Shown piece after piece: positions 54,069-60,578 of a stretch of DNA of 60,578 nucleotides. The position numbers were made by a program, and so were the translations under genes. Source of the stretch: Tubiluchus corallicola (Eukaryota > Animalia > Priapulida); NCBI GenBank assembly GCA_030141605.1, contig JAQGDQ010001129.1, positions 1 to 60,578 on the forward strand, given 5' to 3'. The notes beneath the pieces are model-generated. The model did not search any database and was not told the origin of the DNA. It was given only the letters and a program-made list of their open reading frames with translations. Within the stretch, counting starts at the first letter, position 1. Each line of letters opens with the position of its first letter.

Positions 54069-56391
54069 CGGTTAATCTACGTCGTGGGTACAGGCGTACC
54101 CGCCGACAAAATTAAATTAGTCTCATGCGTAAATGATTACACTTGATGGCTTTGACTTTCATGACTTTTTCTAATTATGTGAGATGTATCTACGCCCCTA
54201 ATGAATTTGAAAAATAATAGTGTATTTCACTGCTACCAGTATTTCTATAACTATCTACGTCGTGGGTACCATCATACCCATGCGTATGTACAGTAGACTG
54301 CGTACAGTAGACATCGCTCACATACACAGTGAACTGGTGAACGTAGTGACGAAATTCAGACAGCCAATCAACTCAGATTTACTTCCAGAAACAATGGGTA
54401 TTTAGCACAGTGTGTCTGTTGCTGGCAGCTCAGTTTGCAATTTGGAAGCTAAGTGACAGTCGATTAGCGCTAGTATGGATCACAGACAGAGACGTCGTCA
54501 ATTCACGGCAGATGAGGCCGCTATAATTATGCAAAATTACGACTCAGACAATCCAGACGATGGCGATGATGACTATCAGCTGCCAGTAGAGGCTGTAGTT
54601 GCTGAAACTGCATCAGACACAGAGGACGATAGTGACAGTGAAGCCACAGATGATCCGGAGCCACTGATTGCAGCTCCTTCAGGCAAGCAATGGAGAAGAA
54701 TCGCTGTCAACGACAACGACGAACCCGGTAGAGCTCCTCAGCGAAATATCTTGCAGCACAATCCAGGTTTCATTCCGTCTCTACACCCCCAATCTCCTGA
54801 GGAATCGTTCAAAGTTTTCATCGAAAACATAATTCCTGATTCAGTTCGATACACTAATCTCGAAGCTCGACGAGTATCTGTGAACTCAGAATGGTTTCGT
54901 GACAATTGGATTGAATGTGATGAAATCGAACTCTACGCATTCCTCGGATTACATATTCTATGTGGTGTCTACAAGGCTCATTACCGCTGCATCTCAGAGC
55001 TTTTTCAAGAGCGCGATGGTATTCCTGCAATGTACGCAACAATGTCGAAGCAGCGCTTTGAAATGATCCAGCGAGTATTCCGTTGTGACGACCGTTTGCG
55101 ACGAAATCGCGATGACCCCTTTTCTCCCATTCGAGAGGTTTGGAACTCTGTGATCTCTAGATTCAAGAACGTATGCAAACCATCTCCTCACCTGACAATC
55201 GATGAGCAGTTAGTTGAGTTCCATGGGAGATTTTCGTCAATATATACCTACAAAGCCAGGGAAGTATGGAATGAAGATCTTCTGGCTAGTAGACAACGAC
55301 AACACATACGTACTCAATGGCATTGCATACAGTGGTGCAGGAACATTCCCTGATCCAGAATTCAACGAATGTGATCTCTCTTGCAAATGCACCCTGACTA
55401 TAGCTAAGCCTTTTTTGGCAGTGGTGTTAGCATCACAATGGATAACTGGTTTACCAGCTCTCCTCTACTCACCAAACTTGAAGAGAAGAGAATCACAGCT
55501 GTTGGCACGGTGCGACACAATAGAAGAGACATTCCTGCCATTGCCAAGAGTACAGCTGGGAGAGATCATAGGTCAGCTGTGTACTATCAGAGTGGCTCCC
55601 AAATACTCATCTCATTCGTAGACCGAAAGAAGATGAAACCCGTATTACTTCTCAGCACGCTTCATCGCAATGCTCTACAGGGAGAGGTCAAGCCCGAGAT
55701 TGTTCAGTTCTACAATGCTACGAAGTCTGCAGTGGACAACCTTGACCATCTCGTTCGATTTTATTCTTGTAAGCGCCGTACACGCAGATGGCCTTATTCC
55801 ATGCTGATGAACCTCATCGACGTCATGGGCGTGAATGCCTTCATCTTATTCAATAATCGCTCAGCGGCAGCTATGACAAGATACAACTTTCTAAAAGACC
55901 TATCTCACCAACTGATCATACCTCGAATGAACAGACGAAGAGCCGATGACCCAAGACTCAACTCTAAAGTCTTGACAGCTATTCATTTGTTTGTACCAGA
56001 GGCCGCTGCCAATCGCCCACCACCTCCACAACCTGCAGCCGCAGGTCGCAAAAGGAAACGGTGTCAACTCTGCCCGGGGCGTCTAGACAAGAAAACGGAT
56101 GTTCAGTGTCGAAAGTGCGCGAAATATCTTTGCCTAGAACACCGCATTTCTATCTGTACTAACTGTTTTAACTGATTTTCATTGACTTACTTTTACAAAT
56201 AAAGTCCAATAATTTTGTATTTCATCTGTAACATTTTAAAATTATTTGATTAAATTTAACTGAAGTTCATAATACTACCATAATAAACTTGTTCAACTTG
56301 TTTTTTATGCATTTATTTAATTATTCAGGTATGGGTATGCATGTACCCACGACGTAGTTCGCTCAAGTTTTTTTAGGACGTAGATTAACCG
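54069..56391 (+). mobile_element. piggyBac-family DNA transposon (~2.3 kb), structurally full length
   Basis: TTAA at 54065-54068 and 56392-56395. Perfect 15-bp TIR CGGTTAATCTACGTC (54069-54083 / 56377-56391). Internal near-perfect 27-bp inverted repeats at 54255-54281 and 56331-56357. Encloses a transposase gene; AATAAA at 56198. Confidence 0.95.
54475..56175 (+). pseudogene. piggyBac transposase (PGBD4-like) broken by two frameshifts (~55232, ~55416)
   Basis: Three overlapping ORFs carry an acidic N-terminus, TIDEQLVEFHGR / FRQYIPTKPGKYGMK, MDNWFTS, GTVRHNRR, YNATKSAVDNLD, RRTRRWP and a C-terminal Cys-rich domain (CQLC...CRKC...CLEH...CTNC). The DDD triad is present and no premature stops occur in the homologous frames. 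Confidence 0.9.
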
Positions 56392-57529
56392 TTAACCACG
56401 ACGTATTCAGCAGCAAGAAATATAATTTATGTACAACAGATAAGAAGAAAATTAATAACATATCATATCAATGATGCATAGCAGAAGCAACAATAATTGT
56501 AACCTTTGATAAACTAAATAAAGACGTTCAAATTGTGAAAAATTCTAAACTGGCAAAAATAGATTAAAGTTGGTGAAGGAAACATCTCATGAAAAATAAT
56601 CAACGTCATTATTACTGCACAAGCAGAATACACAAAAAACGATAACAGTGGCAAAATGGTTAGAAAAGTTATGTTCATTAACAATAAAAGCAGAGTGTAA
56701 AGTAGCAGCGGCTGTAAATTAGCAAGCTAAACTATGGCAGTGTAAAGAGAAAATAATACTAATAATAATTAGCAGTTTCATTGCGTTTTATAATTGCAAT
56801 ACTAAGCAAAATTGCAGAACTTGGCAAAGTAAACAAATTAAGAAAAAGTAACAATTGTCAATATGGATAAGCAGAAATCAAAACATATTCGGATATTATT
56901 AATTATAATGATAGTGTTAATATGGACTAGTATATGCACTTTATGCAGCAACAATAAATGTATCTGTAAACAGGCAGAACACAATGAAGCAAAATGTATA
57001 TAAGAATCGAAAGCGGCATTGAGATTTTGGGCTTAAATAGCAAATCAGTTAGTGCAGTCATTAAGCAAAAATGCACCTTTAAGTCACAAATTTACAAACA
57101 TTTACAATTTTATCTTTACGGACTAACAAAAATACCTTGAAATTGCTAAAATTAATATCAAGAAGACCAAAAAGATTAGAAATTAGTTAGAAATCATTTA
57201 GTACTTTAGCTGTCATAAATTAGTTAGAAATTAGCTAAAAATTTCTCCGATGCTTTGTCATTAAGTAAATCTATATGTACTTCGTAATTTTCAAAATTAA
57301 ATGCAATCTTGGGATGGAAATCAGTCTTTTAGGCTGTTCACCTTAGGCTCTATAATGCATGTCAAAACAAACAAAAAATGTGTTTATAAAAAATATGTTT
57401 GCTTTCACACCAAGTTATAGAAATGTGTGTTTGATATTAAAAATCATTTTAAGCAACAAATTTTTTGTGCTTATTGCATTTCATAAGTTTCATTCTAGAG
57501 TGAAACTAGTTACAATGCCCACCTTCGTA

Positions 57530-58130
57530 TAGAGTTGCCACCTCATCACGAGCCGAAGTCAGGAGTCAAGAGTCAACTAGGAGGTCGGGGCCTAGGCGAC
57601 GTATTACGAAGCTTTTTTTAAGCAACAAAAATCAAGAAAAGTAAACCACTAAGTAGTACAAATTTCTTGATTTTAGACTCTGAAAAAGCCTTAAACCTAA
57701 AACTTACAAAAGTGCAAGCAGTGTAAATATATTTTTGGAGTTCCTTCCTAGTCCCAACGCATTTCTTACATTTTTTAGATTTCTGAAGACAGTTTGAATG
57801 TTGTGTGAATTAAAGCTAAGCCGAAAAAATGTTTGTACTGAAGCACTTGCCACTGCTGCAAAAGTTGGCGAGAAATGCTGAGGCCGTGTAACCCTTTAAA
57901 CTTAATTTAATAAGTTTACTATTTTACTTAAGAGAGATTCCACTGTTTTTAGCTTGGCGTGTTTACATTTCAATAGTACGAAAGATGTATTTCCATTTTT
58001 TCCACTTCAATTTCAATGCAATGGTCAAAATCAGGAGATTTCAGAATTTTTCAAAAGTCCGACTGAAGTATGGATGTGTGGCTGAATTTCAGGAGAACCC
58101 AGTTACAAAACAAGAATGGTGGCAACCCTA
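57530..58130. mobile_element. hAT-type (Tip100-like ends) MITE, 601 bp
   Basis: TIR TAGAGTTGCCACC / GGTGGCAACCCTA (12 of 13 match) and 8-bp TSD CCTTCGTA / TCTTCGTA (7 of 8 match). Confidence 0.85.
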
Positions 58131-58332
58131 TCTTCGTAATGCCAACCTCAATTAACGCCAATATTTTCGGCAAAATAAAATGTCTATATTTGCATGGACA
58201 TGCATGTAATTAATGCACTTTGTTATAATGACAAACTCTCTTAAAGCCAACTTTTTTGCAGTCCCAAAGTAGATTCTATAAAGAGGTTTGACTGTATTAT
58301 ACGACAGACAAAACATAAGAGCAGAAATCAGT

Positions 58333-58474
58333 TCGCTTATTTAAGTATGACACACAGATTTTTGCTTAGTACTATATTTTAGGTAGGTCCCATCAAAACG
58401 TAGTTTGCTTGTTTAAGTATGACAAACAAATTTTGGCTTAGCGCTATGTTTTAAGTAGGTCCCATCAAAATGTA
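58333..58474 (+). repeat. Two-copy tandem duplication (~70-bp unit)
   Basis: TTTAAGTATGACA...GCTTAG...GTAGGTCCCATCAAAA occurs twice in tandem. Confidence 0.85.
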
Positions 58475-58568
58475 ACTTTCATATTATAAATAATGCCATT
58501 ATAAGGAACACAAAGCATTTTTAGTTTTTTTGTTGCTATATATTAAAGTTCATTTGAATTAATAATCA

Positions 58569-59324
58569 CTAGCAAAGGCCCCGCAAAAGATTTTGCGTAT
58601 AAATACACGTGTAATAAATAATACGCGAACATCCTACACAGTCCTCATGTATAACACAAAGCCCGTAACATCCTGCCTACTTACCTAACGCAAAGCCAGC
58701 AGGCAGCTACTGTATGACTGTTTATCTAACGCAGAGCAGCTTTTTGCTGAATTAAAGTTATAGAGTACAATGGATGACGTCAGCACAATGGAATGCGTTA
58801 GGGCAGTTTTCTAAGCGAAAATCGCCGAAAATAGAACCTCTAATTAACTCGCCAGTACTCCTCTCAGTGGACCTGCCCTAAAATATAGTCCACATCATCG
58901 TGTAGCCCCGTTCTTCCTCTTTCTGATGAGCTATATATCTCCTTCCCAGAGTCCACCGGGCGCCGCTAGAAGTTTCGCATGCTGTTTGATCAAAATTTCA
59001 AAAATCGCGAGTTGGCCGGGAAAAGGACGCCGTGGCCCTCTAAGGAATTATAAATAGGCCTATGACACCCACCGCTGAACGGGCTATCTATCCATAGCCA
59101 GCACCACCCTCGGCCCATTCCCGTTCTCTACATCTCAGCCGTATAACTTTTGCAAAAAACGGCCGAAAAATGGCCATTTTTGGAGGTTTGCCTTCCTCCT
59201 CACGGTGGGCCCGATTCGATAAACCATCAATGGCACGACACTAGATCGAGACCTTCGTTTGATATAAGATCGCCGCAATGGTCCTCGTCTGCAGCCTCGA
59301 ATCTTATCTACTATTATATTAATA
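58569..59324 (-). mobile_element. Non-autonomous Helitron-like element, copy A
   Basis: On the minus strand it starts A|TATTAATATAATAGTAGATAAGATTCGAGG and ends with hairpin CGCAAAA-TC-TTTTGCG followed by GGGCCTTTG-CTAG|T. No TSD seen. Alignable along its length to copy B. Confidence 0.7.
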
Positions 59325-59333
59325 TTCTTGGTA

Positions 59334-60108
59334 TCTTAATATATATATATATAAGATTCGAGGCTACAGCCCGGACGAGGGCACCATTTGCGGCGATCTA
59401 TATATCAAACGAAAGGTCTCGATCTAGTGTCGTGCCATTGATGGTTTATTTTTCGAATGGGGCCCACCGGGAGGAAGGGGGGGCGAAAAACCTCCAAAAA
59501 TGGCCCTTTTTCGGCCGTTTTTTGTAAAAGTTATACGGCTGAGATGTAGAGAACGGGAACGGGCCGAGGGGGGTGCTGGGTATGGATAGATAGCCCGTTC
59601 AGCGGTGGGTGTAGTAGGCATATTTAGAATTCCCGAGAGGGCCACGGCGTCCCGTAACGGGCGTTTTCCCGGACCCAACTCGCGATTTTTTCGAAATTTT
59701 GACCAAACAGCATGCGGGAAAAACGTTCTAGCGGCGCCCGGTGGGACTCTCGGAAGGAGATATATAGCTCATCAGAAAGAGGAAGAACGGGGCTACACGA
59801 TGATGTGGGCTATATGTTAGGGCAGGTCCACCGAGAGGAGTATCAACGAGTTAGTTAGGAGTTCTATTTTCGGCAATTTTCGCTTAGAAAACTGCTGACG
59901 CAAAGGCATTGTTGTGACGTCATCCATTGTACTCTGTCTATAATCTTATAACTTTAATTCAGCAAAAAGCTACAGGCTTTGCGTTAGTTAAACAAACAGT
60001 AGGCACGATGTTACGGGCTTTGTGTTATAAATGTGGACTAGGTAGGATGTTCGCGTATTATTGATTACACGTGTATTTATACGCAATCTTTTGCGGGGCC
60101 TTTGCTAT
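59334..60108 (+). mobile_element. Non-autonomous Helitron-like element, copy B
   Basis: Starts A|TCTTAATATATATATATATAAGATTCGAGG (5'-TC) and ends with hairpin CGCAA-TCTT-TTGCG followed by GGGCCTTTG-CTAT|T (a CTAG variant). Inverted homolog of 58569-59324. Confidence 0.7.
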
Positions 60109-60124
60109 TTATTATATTATTTAT

Positions 60125-60578
60125 TATTATTAGTTTATTTCGTATAAAAATATACAGTTTACAAAGATAAAGAAGTTAGTAAAACAGGTAATGCGATATT
60201 AGTAAAGTAACATATCTACAGACATTCAACTTTATAATAACCACACATTGTAGTTCCCTTGTAATTATATTACATTATACAGTGTTGTAAGGAGCTATAA
60301 TGGATATCTTAAAACATAATCTTTAAATGAGTTCTTAACCTTTAATTTTACATTTTCGTTTAGATCTACAGTACAGCCATATTTAAATCTTAAATTTACT
60401 TGACTGTTATTTACATAGTAGCATAGCTTTGGAATTCTCAATGTGCAAGAGTTTACAATTTTTCTCACAAAGTTAAATTTTCGACTATCTATTAAATAAT
60501 TCGCAGGCATTGTGCCACAAAAATACATTAACAATTTGACACTTTCATTTTGTCTAAAACCAAATATCTTTCTATAAG
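60125..60578 (-). mobile_element. Probable LINE 3' end, truncated by the window edge
   Basis: ORF 60534-60295 resembles a LINE ORF2 C-terminus, followed by a T-rich UTR, AATAAA and a (TAA)n tail near 60110-60140. Confidence 0.4.

Noticed and set aside
54389-54477. In-frame IMPA-transposase fusion like CSB-PGBD3
   Set aside because: In-frame stops at 54403 and 54454; the AGs downstream of 54456 do not fit the phase-1 donor of exon 7; the transposase is frameshifted.
55214-55440. Programmed ribosomal frameshifting in the transposase
   Set aside because: Not known for piggyBac, and the first junction lacks residues of a conserved motif, which fits a deletion better.
58382-58420. Candidate last IMPA exon (TTTAG|GTAGGTCCC)
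   Set aside because: Translation does not resemble the IMPase C-terminus and it lies in a local tandem duplication.
59150-59820. ORFs inside the large palindrome
   Set aside because: No Rep or helicase motifs; expected by chance in this GC-richer repeat.

Overview
AT-rich eukaryotic genomic DNA, most likely from an invertebrate animal; no prokaryotic features are seen. Four spliced protein-coding genes can be built by hand from GT-AG boundaries. (1) A 2-exon testis-specific Ser/Thr kinase, TSSK4-like (+, 7489-8663). (2) A 2-exon GT92 / GALT-1-like glycosyltransferase (-, 17127-14847). (3) A 4-exon MGAT4C-like GT54 GlcNAc-transferase (+, 19438-34598), divergent from the GT92 gene. (4) An inositol monophosphatase, IMPA1-like (+, 7 exons at 36057-52240), which the ORF track misses entirely; its last exon is not found in the window. 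The introns and intergenic DNA are rich in mobile DNA: a structurally complete piggyBac (TTAA TSDs, perfect 15-bp TIRs starting CGG, transposase with two frameshifts), a decayed BEL/Pao retrotransposon, several LINE fragments, two hAT-type MITEs with 8-bp TSDs, foldback-like arrays with a ~15-bp period, SINE-like heads and microsatellites. The most unusual structure is a ~1.54-kb imperfect palindrome (58569-60108) made of two diverged Helitron-like elements joined 5' end to 5' end, downstream of IMPA exon 7. No clearly new biological system is proven; candidates are ranked below.
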